The notes under the pieces are model-generated. The model was given only the letters and a program-made list of their open reading frames with translations. It had not been told where the DNA came from and searched no databases. This document shows positions 41,635 to 56,000 of a stretch of 64,000 nt of DNA, in pieces (the first letter of the stretch is position 1; each line of letters begins with the position of its first letter). Both the position numbers and the translations under genes were made by a program. This stretch comes from Histomonas meleagridis 2922-C6/04-290x (lineage: Eukaryota > Protista > Parabasalia). The stretch lies in assembly GCA_020184695.1 (NCBI GenBank), contig JAANOX010000082.1, forward strand, positions 1 through 64,000, read 5' to 3'.

Positions 41635-42081
41635 TTATATTTGCGTTGCATAGGAATCCTGCTCTTCCTTAGTTAGAGCTGCCCAATCCCGTCCAATAAA
41701 AACAAAGCGCTTTGTTTTATCAATCTCTGTATTCGCATGTTCTTTGCTCCAAGCACGCACATAATTGGAGTAAGCAGTTGGCTTTTTTGTTGAACCAGAT
41801 TTAATTTTTTGAGATTTAATTCCCTGGTAACGTTTTCTTGGAATAGCTGTTAAATCTGGCCCATAACTATTTGGAAAAGAATTATAATCTTCAGGGGTTA
41901 CTTGAATTGGTGATTTTTTGTTGACTTTTAGCTCCCATTTTCTTAAAATAAAATTTTGATACGCCTGAATATAACATGTTGAAACAGGGGTAGTAGATGG
42001 CATTTCATCAATTGTTGGAATCAATATTTGATCCCAAAGATTTTTTTCCTTTTTATCAAAGTAAGATACAGCCCGTTCCAT
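41635..42081 (-). CDS. Small protein with a C-terminal HMG-box-like domain
   Basis: KKPTAYSNYV...FVFIGRDWAALTKEEQDSY matches the HMG-box pattern. Confidence 0.6.
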   Translation of the reverse strand: MERAVSYFDKKEKNLWDQILIPTIDEMPSTTPVSTCYIQAYQNFILRKWELKVNKKSPIQVTPEDYNSFPNSYGPDLTAIPRKRYQGIKSQKIKSGSTKKPTAYSNYVRAWSKEHANTEIDKTKRFVFIGRDWAALTKEEQDSYATQI

Positions 42082-42118
42082 AAATCAAAATGCTGTCAAA
42101 ATTAATTTATTTATAAGA

Positions 42119-42156
42119 AAAGTGACAATGCATTACCACATTTTTTGAAAAGTGAC
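42119..42156. promoter_or_regulatory. Paired AAAGTGAC upstream motifs
   Basis: Exact AAAGTGAC at 42119-42126 and 42149-42156, about 40-75 nt upstream of ATG 42081. Also present at 16516 and 60690. Confidence 0.45.
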
Positions 42157-42693
42157 TACAAAAAAAACTCTATCGGAAAGGTTATTATCGTAATCACAAA
42201 AAGTAGCACTTTTGTATTTCCATGCGAATTGTGATGTGAAAAATGATCGTTGCCATATGGCACGGTTGAAGAAGTTTAAATAGAGGCACCAATAGCATAA
42301 CATTACGAATTCATATTTTGAGTTTTAAGTATAAAAATTTAACCAAATAATTAAATCAGTTTTATCATTTCTAATATCATCAGATTGTAATACAATTTGG
42401 GAAAGCGTAAATTTACATATTGTATAAGTTTCGTGTTGGTATGCGAAGCGAAGACATTTCCGTTCCAGATTTAAGTAAACTCATCCAAACGCTTTCTGGC
42501 TGAAATACTCGAATGCCCCAAGATTAACCAGCTTCACTCGACTATCGTTCCCACCAAACCGAAAAAATTCACATGAACGATTTGGGGAGTTTGAATCAAT
42601 TTCACGTTTTTTGAATGAGTTAACCGTACAAACAACATAAATTGAATGTTAACTGTATAAATTCAAAAGAACCTTGCAAAAACATCATATCGC

Positions 42694-45600
42694 ATGATGC
42701 TGGCTTTTCTTTCCCTCTTCTTACCGATAGCATTTGCTGATGAGTCATTGATTATCAACACTGGGGAAACAATTAATGCCGGTGACTATGATGACTATAA
42801 AGAAACAACTTTTCATTCAATCACCTGTCACTACAATAGGAGTTTCGGCCTTCCGAAATTGGCCTATTTTAGAATCAGTTGAAATTGGAAATACAGTTGA
42901 AGTAATTTCAACCTTCGCTTTTTATCAATGCTATCAACTAAAAAAAGTTATATTAGGAGAACAAGTCAATAAATTAGAAGATTTTTGCTTTAATGATTGT
43001 CCTGTTACAGATCTTACAATATATACTAATAAGAATATGTTATCAACTTTTGTTTCCCGTCTTCATGATCATTTAGAAACATGTACTCTTGGACCAAAAA
43101 TTACTAAGGTTGATGATGCTTCCTTCCAATATTGTCATTATCTTAAATCTGTTATTTATCAAGGTTCAATCACAAGCTATGGTAAATATTCATTTGCTGA
43201 ATGTCATGAACTAATTAATATTGCTTTTCCAGACACACTTGAATTAATTGATGAATATTGTTTTTCAGAATGTTATAAATTAACTAATGTAGTCATTCCA
43301 AAGAAAGTCGAAACAATTGGACAATCAGCATTTTATCAGTGCTCTAAAATTGAGACAATTGAAATTCCTGGTACAATCAAACAAGTACTACAACAAACAT
43401 TTGCTTTTTGCACCAACTTGAAAGAAGTAAAACTTCGATCAACAATTACTTTAATTGGAGAATATGCATTTTCAAACTGTTCTTCATTAACAAGCATTGT
43501 AATACCAGATGCTGTTACTTCAATTGGTGCATATGCATTTTCAAATTGTGGAAATATGGCAACTGTCCAATTAGGAAAAGAATTAACTACACTTGGTGAA
43601 ACAGCATTTATGTATTGTACTTCATTAAAATCAATTACATTTTTAGATGAATTAACAACAATTGGACCCAAAGCATTTCAACATTGCGAAAGTCTTCAAA
43701 CAGTTAAATTTGGCGAGAAAGTTCAAACAATTCATGAATCAGCATTTTCACATTGTTATCAACTTACAACAGTTACACTTGATAAAACACTTGAAACAAT
43801 TAGCAACTTAGCATTTGAATATTGCGTTAGTTTAACCATAATCACAATTCCTTCATCAGTAACTAATATTCAATCATATAATGTCTTTTGGCAATGTCAT
43901 CAACTTGAAACAGTTAAAGTTGAAGAAGGAAACACAGTTTATTCCAACAATGAAAATGATGGAGTACTTTATTTAAAGAATAATGATGAATTAACGAAAA
44001 TCATATATTATCCAATGGGCAGTAAAAGAATTACATTTAAAGTAATCGATTCAGTTACTGAAATTGAATTATATTCATTTTATAATACAACTTATTTACA
44101 AACTGTAAATGGATTACTTAAAGTTAAAACGATTAAAAATAATGCATTCGAATATAGTAAAGCATTAAAGAGTTTTGAATTCTCTGATGAAATTACAAAT
44201 ATCAATGATTATGCATTCCATTTATCTGGTTTACAAACAGTTAAATTTGGTAAGAACCTTCAAGCAATTGGTAATTTTGCATTTTATCAATGCGGAGAAA
44301 TTTCTTCTATAGAATTTTCTGAATCTATTAAATCAATTGGAAATTATGGATTTGCAGAATGTACTAAAATTACAAGTATTAATATTCTTAATTCAACTAC
44401 AATACTTGGAACACATGTATTTGAATCATGTACATCACTTAAATCAGTTACAATTGGTTCTGGATTACAAACAATTCCCGATTATTCATTTGCTAAATGC
44501 ACAAGTTTAACTGATTTAGTTAATGTTGGAAATAGTTTAACATCAATAAGTACTCATGTATTTGAAGGTTGTACATCAATTCAAACATTTAATGTACCAA
44601 TTAATGTTCAAACAATTGGAAGTTATGCGTTTGCTAATTGCACAGGTTTGACTAAATTAACATATGGTGAAGCAATTACAAAATTTGCTGATTATGTATT
44701 TTATAATTGTTTAGGATTTATCGAAACTTCACTTCCAGAAAATACACAATCAATTGGTGGACATATATTTGAACATTGTGAAAAGATGACTAAAATTACA
44801 TTACCAACATCACTCAAAACAATTAGTGATTATGCATTTGCTCATTGTTATAGTCTTCAAACTATAGTAACTGAAGAAAATATCGCAATTTCTGATTATG
44901 CATTTTATTATTGTTTAGGATTAATAGAAGCTACACTTCCAAAGAATACACAATCAATTGGTGGACATATATTTGAACATTGTGAAAAGATGACAAAATG
45001 TACATTACCAGAAGCAATTACAGCTATTAGTGATCATACATTTGCTCATTGTTATGCTCTTCAATCAGTTGGATCTGAAGGAAATATCGAAAAAATTGGT
45101 AATTATGCATTTTTAAGCTGTGAATTTTCTACATTTAATATCATTAATACTGTTAAAGATATTGGAAGTTATGCATTTTATTTATGCACTAATTTAGAGA
45201 CTATTACAATTCCAAACCTTGTAACAACAATGGAATCTTATACATTTTCAGGTTGTTCTAAATTAAGTGAAGTTAAATTAGGTGAAAACTTAAATAAAAT
45301 TGGATATAATGTATTTGAAGATTGTGTTTTACTTTCGAAGATTACATTCCCTTCAAACCTTAAAACAATTGGTGGATATGCATTCAAAAATTGCCGTAGT
45401 CTTCAAACAATAGATATACCAAATAGTGTCGATGCAATCAGCACATATATCTTTTTGAATTGTACTGGTTTAACAACTGTTAAAATTGGTGATACAATTA
45501 AAACTATTCCGAAATATGCATTTTACTTATGTACTTCATTAAGTCAAATAACACTTGGTGCTAGTGTCGCTAAATTAGATGAAAGTTCATTTGAAGAATG

Positions 45601-48600
45601 TAAAAATATTGTTAGCATTAAATTACCAGAAACAATTACTACTATTGAAGCTAGAGCATTTTATAATTGTAATAAATTAAAATCTATTTCAATACCAACA
45701 AAAATTACAGTCATTAATTCATATTCATTTGCTAATTGTGTTGAATTAGCAAATGTTACTTTTGTTGATGAAAATTTATTAACAATTTCTGAATTTGCAT
45801 TTTACTTTTGCCGTAAACTTTCCAATCTTCAATTACCTTCATCTGTAACAACAATTGGTGAATCTGCATTTTGTGGATGTGAATCAATTACAACAATTAC
45901 ACTCCCAACAAATTTAGAAACTATTGGCACGAACGCATTTTATTATTGCGTAAATTTAATGACAGTTACATTTAAAGAGAATGTTGAAACAATTGGAGAA
46001 TATGCATTTTATTATTGTGTGAAATTAACATCTATTACAATACCAACAAATGTAAAAATAATTTCAGGATGTTCATTTTATCAATGTGAAAACTTAGAGA
46101 CAGTTAATGCAGAAGGAGAATCATTAACAAAGATTGATGCACATGCATTTTATTTATGTCGTAAACTTACTAATGTTAAATTAGCTTCATCAGTTACTAC
46201 TATTGGGACATATGCCTTTGGTGAATGTATTTCACTTCAAACATTTACAATGCCCGCCAATTTAGTTACTCTAGAAAATTATTCATTTTATGATTGTAGG
46301 AAATTGCAAGAAGTCGTAATGAATGATAAACTTGAAAGTATTAGTCTATTAACATTTTTTAATTGTTCATTTAAGTCGATAACATTACCAAATAGTTTAA
46401 CAACAATTGGTGAATATGCATTTTTCCAATGTACTAATTTATTAGATATTACAATTCCAGCATCAGTACAAAGCATTGGAGATGGTGTAGCTGGATTCTG
46501 TTTATCACTTACTTCAATTAATGTTGATCCAGAAAATAAAAATTATACAAATTATCAAAACGACGGAGTATTATATAACAAAAATTTAACAAAATTAATT
46601 TGTTTCCCATCAAAGAAATCAGGTACTTATAAAGCACCACCACAACTTCTTTATATCTCTGATGAAACATTTTCTTCTGCAATAATTACAACAGTTGATT
46701 TATCGGCAACCCAAATGATATTGCTTGATCATCATGCATTTGAGAATTGTGAATCATTACAAAGTATTATCTTTTCTAATACAACTAAATCTATTGGTAA
46801 TTATACATTTTATAATTGTAAATCTTTAACGACTATCACTTTAACTGAAAATATTGAAGTAATTGGATCATATGCATTTCATATTTGTGATAAATTATCA
46901 TCAATTTCATTTCCTTCTAAACTTCATACAATTAGGAATAACGCATTTTCTGGTTGTTCAAGCTTAGAAAAGGTTACAATACCTGATGGATCATTATTGA
47001 CATCTATTGATGAACGGGCATTTTCTGGAACAACTACTCTTAAAACAATTGTATTACCAACAAGTCTAAAATATATTGGTCAATACGCATTTTATGTATG
47101 TTATAATATGGAAACATCTATTCCTGAAAATGTTGAATTTGTTGGTGATTTTGCATTCGCTGAATGTAAATCACTTAAAATGATTTCAAACCCAACAAAT
47201 TTGAAATACATTGGTACGTATGCATTTTATAATTGTAGTAATATGGATGGAACAATTAAAGGAAGTGTTGAAACAATTGGTGAAAAGGCATTTTATAATT
47301 GTATATCATTTAAGTCAATTACATTTTCATCAAACTTAAATACAATTCCTAATGAAGTATTTTTGGAATGTCATAATTTAACATCAGTTACATTTAGTAA
47401 TAATATTGAAACAATTGGTGAAAAGGCATTTTATAATTGTCGTTCACTTGGATCAATTCAACTTCCAACCAAATTACAAACAATTAAAGATTATGCATTT
47501 TTCGGCTGTGAAAATTTGAAAGTTACATTCAACACAAACCTTGTTACTCTTCTTGGTTATTGCTTCTCAGGTTGTACATTACTTGAAACTGTTAAACTTC
47601 CATCAAGACTTAAGACTATTGAAACATTTGTCTTTTATGGCTGCTCCAATTTAACAACAGTTGAAATTCCAGCATCAGTTGAATATATTGGTCAAGCTAT
47701 GGTTTATGGATGTCAAAAACTTACTTCAGTTACAGTTGATCCTTCAAATCAACACTATTCAAACTATCAAAATGATGGTGCATTATATAATAAAGAATTA
47801 ACAATATTATACGTATTACCGCCAGCTAAAACAGGTAATTATCAATCACCACCACAACTTACTTCTATTGATGAAGCCGCAATTTTGGATATTGAAATTA
47901 ATTCAATTGATTTTTCATTATCTAAACTTGAATCAATCCCTGATAGTGCATTTGATGGATGTACTTCATTACAAAGTGTTAAACTTTGTGATACAGTTAA
48001 AACGATTGGTGAAGAGGCATTTTATAATTGTTATTCTTTATCAACATTTACTCTTTCAAAGAATATTGAAACAATTGGTGTAAAGGCTTTCTATGAATGT
48101 CTCTCACTTAAAATCAATTTAGAAGGAACTAATTTAAAGCATATCGGTGATAGTGCATTCTATCATTGTATTGCCATAGATGGATCAATTAGTGGAAATA
48201 TTGAAACGATTGGAGAATTTGCATTTTATCAGTGTTCGAACTTAAACTCAGTAACATTTTCATCAAGCATAAATGTCATTAATATAGTTGTATTTGGTGA
48301 ATGTTATAAGTTATCAACTGTTACATTTGGTGATAATATTGAAACAATTGGTGCGAATGCGTTTTATAATTGTCGTTCACTTGGATCAATTCAACTTCCA
48401 ACCAAATTACATACAATTCAAGAAGGTGCATTTTTAGGCTGTGAAAATTTGAAAGTTACATTCAACACAAACCTTGTCAATATTAATTACACTAGTTTTG
48501 CGTGCTGTATATCAATTGATATTGTTAAACTTCCATCAGGACTTAAGAGTATTTCTCCATATGCATTTTATAACTGCACAGGTTTAACAACATTTGAAAT

Positions 48601-49426
48601 TCCAGCATCAGTTGAATTTATTGGTTATGGTATTCTTTATGAAACACCAAAACTTAAAGAAATAATAGTTGATCCACAAAATCAACACTATACAAATTAT
48701 CAAAATGATAGTGTGTTATATTCTAAAGACTTAACTAAATTATATGCATTACCAGCAAATAAGACAGGTGATTATCAAGCACCATCACAACTTACTACTA
48801 TTGAAATTAAATCAATATATGGAACACAACTTACTTCAATCAATTTATCATTATCTAAACTTACAACAATTCAAGATAATTTATTTGCTTCTAGTGATAC
48901 ATTACAAAGTGTTAAACTTTGCGAGACAATCAAATCAATTGGTGAAAAAGCATTTACTGAGTGTCATGCATTAAATGCTATTAACATACCAAATGCGACC
49001 GAAATAATTGGTGCACGTGCATTCCAACATTGCAATTCATTAGTTTCTGTAACTTTAGGTTCAGGGTTAAAGAACATTGGTGCAAATGCATTCTTTAACT
49101 GTTCTTCACTTCAATGCATTTATTATTATGGTAATGAAGAGCCTTCATATAATACAAATTCATTCGCAAATATTTCGACAACTAATGTATACGTTGACAC
49201 AACTTATAATGGTACAACATTTTGCGGTCTAAATGCTGTCGTTGGACTTAGCACTGTTTGTCCAGTAGCTGATAGCTCGAAATCAAAGACTCTGACTATA
49301 ATACTCGCAGTAGTAATTCCAGTTGTAGTTATAGCCATTGTTGTCGTTGTAGTAATTGTGGTACTGAAGAAGAAGAAGGGAAACGGTAAAGGATTCAGCG
49401 AATTTTCTGCACCAGTTGCGATGTAA
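42694..49426 (+). CDS. Giant BspA-like LRR_5 surface protein (about 2240 aa) with a +1 indel near 42810
   Basis: Signal-peptide-like MMLAFLSLFLPIAFA in one frame; the LRR body, TM (IILAVVIPVVVIAIVVVVVIVVL) and short basic tail are in the next. Deleting one T of 42810-42813 joins them (KETTFIQSPVTTIG). Confidence 0.85.
47270..48950 (+). repeat. About 933-nt (311-aa) internal duplication in the giant BspA
   Basis: CRSLGSIQLPTKL...GCENLKVTFNTNLV recurs at 47441 and 48374. The NYQNDGxLY module also occurs near 46555. Confidence 0.85.
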
Positions 49427-50064
49427 GCGAAACCTCATTAATAAATGGTTTGACCATTAGAATTTTTTTTATAACTGTGTGGATATACTCAATGAAGTGG
49501 TGAAAAGCAATTTCGATGGTATTTTACTCATCTTCAACTGAAGCATTTTCCAGGAGGTTATGAGAAAACGTTAAACGGTTTTTTTGAGGATCGATTTAAA
49601 CGGTTTCTTAGAACATCGATTTTGCTATAAAAAATAAAAATAAATGTGATGTTCATTTATCTGTTTTTTGATGCTAAGAATATTATATGCATAGCTTAAC
49701 ATATGATGCCAAAATTGCAACACAATTGGCTGATCAATTTTTGAAAATGCATTTCGAAATGTAGTGTTCAATTAGACAACAACGAATATAATAGCAAATA
49801 AGGACATCAACAATTTGTATATATACAGACAGTTTAGTTTTGCATATAAATTCATTAATTCATGAAAATTCCGCTTCGATAATTGTTGATGCAACCGTTT
49901 GTCGTATTTTCCTTAACCTCCTGAAACTCACAAACATATAATTGACTAACTCTGTTTACTTCTTTCCTGCTAAAATCCTGAAATGCCTTGTTAGAACGAT
50001 GGTTTTTTCTATACTTTATTTGAATAGCAGTAGACCGTTTATTATAAGGGCGGGAAAATTGGCG

Positions 50065-53000
50065 ATGGATGATACCCCTCCAGACAAATTCCAGGTCATA
50101 TTTAATACGCCATCACTTATTAGCAAATCGATTACATGCTTTGATATTTCAAAGAGAGCCGTCCATTTGATGCAATTGTATAATCGAATTTCTTTTAAGA
50201 TCAAATGGAGAAATTTTTCCAAAAAAATTCTCTTAAAAAGGAAACTTTATGAATACAGAAAAATCAATATACTTGATACAAAATTTTATCAAGTTCATAC
50301 CAATATAATGCGAACTTCATTCTTTAAATGGCGCTTAAAATTTAAATTCATTAAATTTGTTAATTCATATAAAATAAATATTCTAAAAAATAAAAAGGAT
50401 CTTTTGCAGCGACAAGCTTTAAAGGAACATCAACAAGAAATAAGAAATAAATGGGAAAAAATCACCAAAAAATTATTACAACAGAGAAAAACAAAAAAAT
50501 ATTATAAAATAATACAGAAACATTTTTATGATAAATGGAAATTTAGGAAAAACGAAAGAATACAAATCAGAGAAACATGGAAATCATTCAATAAAAAGTT
50601 AAACATTAATAATATAAAACATATCAAAGCAAAATATGAAAATTCTATTCAACAAATTGAACGATATCAAAGACTTTATTTATTAGTTATAAATGATGAA
50701 TATAAAAATGAATTAATTGATTCGTTTCAAGCAATTTATATTTATAGGAAATGGATTAAATTTAAATCATTTGTATTACAAAATTATTATAGAAAGAAGT
50801 TATTACAAAATAAATTTATTGTTATAACAAAGAAATTATTGTTTAATGACATTGTTTTAAGATTAAAAAGAAATTTTTATCAATTTAAACTTGAACAATT
50901 TTCTAAAAATTTATTGTTAAATCAAAGAAAGCAAATTTTAATTCATTTTAAAATATGTTTAACTTATTATAACAAATGGAAATTTATGCAAAAATTAAAT
51001 CGTTTAGCAAAAAAAGTTTTATTGGATTCATATTCGAAAATAAAACTTCCTTTACGTAAAATTATAAATGTAAATACGAAATTTTATGAATATTATTTGT
51101 TATTTAATTTCTTTACGAAATGGAAAACAAAATTATTAATACAAAACATTCCAATTGATTTTTTAATTGAAGTAAATGTTAAATATGAAAATCCAAATTT
51201 CGATTTTGTTAATCAACAAAATATTTCACATTTATTGCATTATAATAAAATTGATAATACAAAAATAGAATTAAAAGCTAAAAAAGCTTCGCAAAATATA
51301 AAATATAATTTGAAATATATTAATATTCCAATAAAAGTTTTTAATTTCCAAAGAAATATTCCATTAAAAGAAAATGTTCCAAAAATTTATATTGATTTCA
51401 AATTTAATGATTTGGTATCAAATCAAACTAAAACATTATCATATTTCAAAACGAATAAAAATATGTTTAATAATATTGATATTCATTATGAATATAATTT
51501 TGATTTAAATTCGATTGTTTTGGATAATTATAATGTGCATTTTAACCAAATATGTAAACATCAAATTTCATATCTTAAACAATTACAAAACATAAAATTA
51601 AGAAAATATTCACAAAAATTAATTTTCAATTTTGTATCAAAAAGATATAATTCTCATAATATGAATTTAACTAAACACAAAATATTTCAATTTAATGATT
51701 TGTTCAAATTAAATTTCTCATTAAAATATCAAATTCCAAAAACAAAACAATTTAATTTTGCATTTTTCGATAAAGATTATTATATTAATATATACATTGA
51801 TAAATTACCAAAAGAAAAATCCTTAAAATTTAATTTTATAAACATTAATTCATTGGTATCAATTTTAAATTATCAAAGAATTCATTTTAAGAAAGAAAAA
51901 CTTAAAGATATCAAATTAAATATTATGTTAAATGTTAACAAATCTTTTGATACACTTCAACATAATTCTTCGATTAAATATTTCTCTAAAATCAAGCCGA
52001 ATGTTGATAAGTATTTCGATTCAGCACAAAATGTGATCAATTTGTCGATTTGTTTACCGCATATTTTCCTGATAAGTTATCTCCTTAATTATCAATGTGA
52101 CTTTAAACATGAAAAATATTTACATCAAAGCAAATTAGTTAAACATAAAAATATTTTAAAGTTAGCATTTTTACCATTTCAAATAACAAAATATTTAAAT
52201 ATTATTAAACGCCAAAACATTCCAAATCCATTAATTGATAATGTTTCGTATCAACAAAAGTTTTCATATTTAAATTTATCAATTTCACCAATATATTTAT
52301 ATAATACCAAAGTACAGATTCCAATGTTATCTAATCCAATACAGCATAAGCATTTTAATGATAAATTAACTTTTGATATTCCAATTATAACACAAAACGA
52401 AACAATTTCTTCATTTGTTATGTATCCAAAGCAAAATGTATATAAAAACATTTGTTTTGATAAATTTATCATGAAACCAAAATTATTAATTCCAAGAAAT
52501 AGTATTTCTTCAATGTTAAATTATAATAAAGTTATTAAAGTGACAGAAAAGTTACCAAAAATTTCATATAAATTAAATTTCATTTTAGATTTAGATAGTT
52601 ATTTAACAAAAATAACAAAATTTTTATATGAAATTAAGTTAAATGATCATAATTTTGCAAATAAAATGATAATTCCAAATTATAAACTGAATATTAATTA
52701 TAAATTTACTATAATTGGAAATGTATTTAACTTTATCACATTTCATAATTTAACTAAAGAATATTATGATAAAAATATGAAAACATTAAGTAAAACATCA
52801 AATTATATATCATTAACTTTTGATAAATTGATAATAAAAAGGTTTTTCACTATTATTAAACCAATATTTTATTATACAAATACTTATAATAAGTTTTTGC
52901 TAAATGATTATATTTCTGAAATTAATATTAAAGGAAAACAGAACAATTATCAAATAACTTTAGGAAAATATTATGAAATTTCTCCAATTTTTAATTTTTA

Positions 53001-56000
53001 TAAGGAATTTAATAAAAACATTTTAGACAAATATTCTTATATCAATTTTAACACTGAAATAAACATCGATAATTCCATCATTAATAAGAACTTAAATAAA
53101 TCTTTGATATTTAATTTTGCAAAAGATTTTAATAAGGATTTGCTAAGTGAATATGTCTCAAGAGTTACCTTTAAAGATAAAACGATTGAAACTTCACTAA
53201 TTGTTAGAAATATTTTCATTTATCCAATTTATTATTTTGTAAAAGATATATATAAAAATATATTTGATGTATCTGAAGTTAATATTAAATATAAAGATTT
53301 TGATTATTCATTTGTTGATCATTTTGATATTTCTCATTTGTTTAATTTTGAAAATCATTTTAATGAAAATATTATGGAAAGAAACATTGAAGATATTGCA
53401 ATTAAAGAGTATAAAATTGATTATTTAAATATATCAAACTACAAATGCATTGTATCTTTTTTGCATAATATTACAAATGAATTTCATATCAAAGATGTAT
53501 TCAATGAATATTTAACTAATATATCAAATATAAAACTACAAATAGATTACGCAGATATTATAAATAGTGTTTTTGATATTTCTTCTTTGTTGATGAGTGA
53601 ATTTAACAATGATATTACTGATAAATATATTTCAAATATCACTATTAAAGAACCAATAATTAATTACTTGAGCATTATAAAAAATAATTTGATTTCTTTC
53701 ATATATAATTATGAAAAACTATCTAGACCAATTGTTATAAATGAAATCAATTTAAATAGTGTTATCAATGAATACATAAAGTTTGATAAATTCATTGATG
53801 TTTCAGCGTTATTAAATCATTTTTATATATTTCAACAAAACTACCTCAACAAATATTGCAATAATATAAACATCAAAGATATGAACATTGATTTTAATTT
53901 TATATACAAATATTATTCCATTTCAGCACTACTCCGTTACGAAAACGAATTTAATAATAAGCTTTTAAATGAATATACTGCAAATGTTACGATTCACACA
54001 CCAAAAATTAAATATTTAAATGTAATTAATAATAATTATAATATTTCTCTCTTAATTAACTTCAAAAATAGTTTTAATGAAAACCTTCTGAATGAATATA
54101 CAGCAAATGTTACTATTTGCACACCGAAAATTAAATTTTTGAAAGTTATTGATGGATATTATGATGTTTCTTCTTTGTATAATTTTGTATTTGATTTTAA
54201 TGATGATCTTTTAAGCGAATATATTAAAAACATTAAAGTTAATGAACTAAATACTAATTACTTAGTTTTTGCTAATGAAAGCATTAATGTTTATTATCTT
54301 CTTTGTTTTGCAAAATTGTTTATTAAAGATTTTATTAATGCATTTTCTTTAAACACAAAAATTACGAATGTAAACATTGATTATTTAAATAATATTATAA
54401 ATAAAAGTTTTAATGTTTCTCCAATATTCAATTTTATCAGTGAATTCAACAATGATATTATTGATAAAAATTCAAATATCATTATTAAAGAACCAAGAAT
54501 TAATTATTTAAACATTATAAATAATAATTCGATTTCTTTTTTGTATAATTATGAAAAACTATCTAAACCAAATGTTGTATATGAAATTAATTTAAATAAT
54601 ATTATCAATGATTACATCAAACTTGATAAATTTATTTATGATATCAATATTTCTTCGTTATATCAATATGAAAATGACATTTGTAAAAATCTCCTGAATG
54701 AATATCCATCAAATATATCCATTCAACTACCGAAAATCAATTTTTCTGATTTTATAAATTATAAATATATTTCTTTTATATTTAATTTTGAATTTGAATT
54801 CAACAAAGATTTACTGAGTGAATATATATCATATATTAATATTAAAGAACTAATGATTTATAATTCGTATCCAATACAAAAATTTTATTCACTTTCTTTA
54901 TATAATATTACAAATAAATTCATAATTAGTAATATATTGCAGAATAATTTAACGAATATAACTACTCAAAAATATGTTTTCACTTATTCAAATCTTCTAA
55001 ATAAAATATTTAGTATTTCATCAATTAATAATTTTGTTGTAGGATTTCATAAAGATATTCTTAATAAATATTCGTCAAAAACAAATAAAACAAATTTAAC
55101 ATTTAATTCTATTGAACTTATCAATAATATTTCATTTATATCTAATTATAAAATTCATGTGTTTAACAAAAATATTCTCTGTGAATATAAGTACAAAGAA
55201 CTAAAACTTAATTATTTAAACAATATTCTTAATATTTCATATCTCTATAATTTTGTAAATGGATTTGATAACGATATTTTAAGTAAATATTTTTCTGATT
55301 TAATAATTAGAGCTCCGAAATTTGATTATTCACATCTGACAATTAAAAACAGCTTATCATTTATTTCCTATTATTATTGTATTAAAGAATTTAATAATAT
55401 AAATAATTATGTAACAAATGTTAAATACCAAAATGCAATGCTCAATTTAGATCTTATTCATAATTATAATATTTCATTTATGTTTAATTTTAAAAAAGAT
55501 TTTAATATAAATTTTGTTCTCAATGAATATAGCAAAAATATTAAAATTAAAAACTTAAAATTTGATTTTTTAGATTTTGTAAAAGAAAACATTACAATTT
55601 CTTCAATTATTAATATCAAAAAGGAATTTAATACAGATATAATCAGTAAATACACATCCGACATAAATATGAATAAATTTGAATTACAAATCTTTAATAT
55701 CCCAATTCCCAATTTTATAAATATATTCAAAAAAGAATTACAAAACAGCAAATTATTTAAATACGAAGAATTTCATTATATTAACGCACAAAGTAATTTC
55801 GGTTTGCCTTTTAATGGATTTCCTTCTCTAATAATAATGAGAAACTTCACAATTCCAAAGCACCAATTTCATATGTTAAATAATTTTGATGAATTTCATG
55901 TTTCGAAAATGTTTAATGTTAAATATTTTCACAATTTCGTTATAAATAATATGTTTAATGCGCACAAATATTTATTTAATTATATTTATATCAAGAAAAT

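Noticed and set aside
26155-42813. 17-nt element removal as the explanation for the actin and giant-BspA frameshifts
   Set aside because: Those need loss of 1 nt (mod 3), whereas 17 is 2 mod 3; they lie in homopolymers and fit sequencing error.
5326-48974. Many short ORFs antisense or off-frame to real genes (e.g. 5326-5631, 8592-8883, 15193-15771, 25952-26641, 28576-29616, 43336-43671)
   Set aside because: They are shadows of codon-biased or repetitive genes on the other strand or frame, with no independent motifs.
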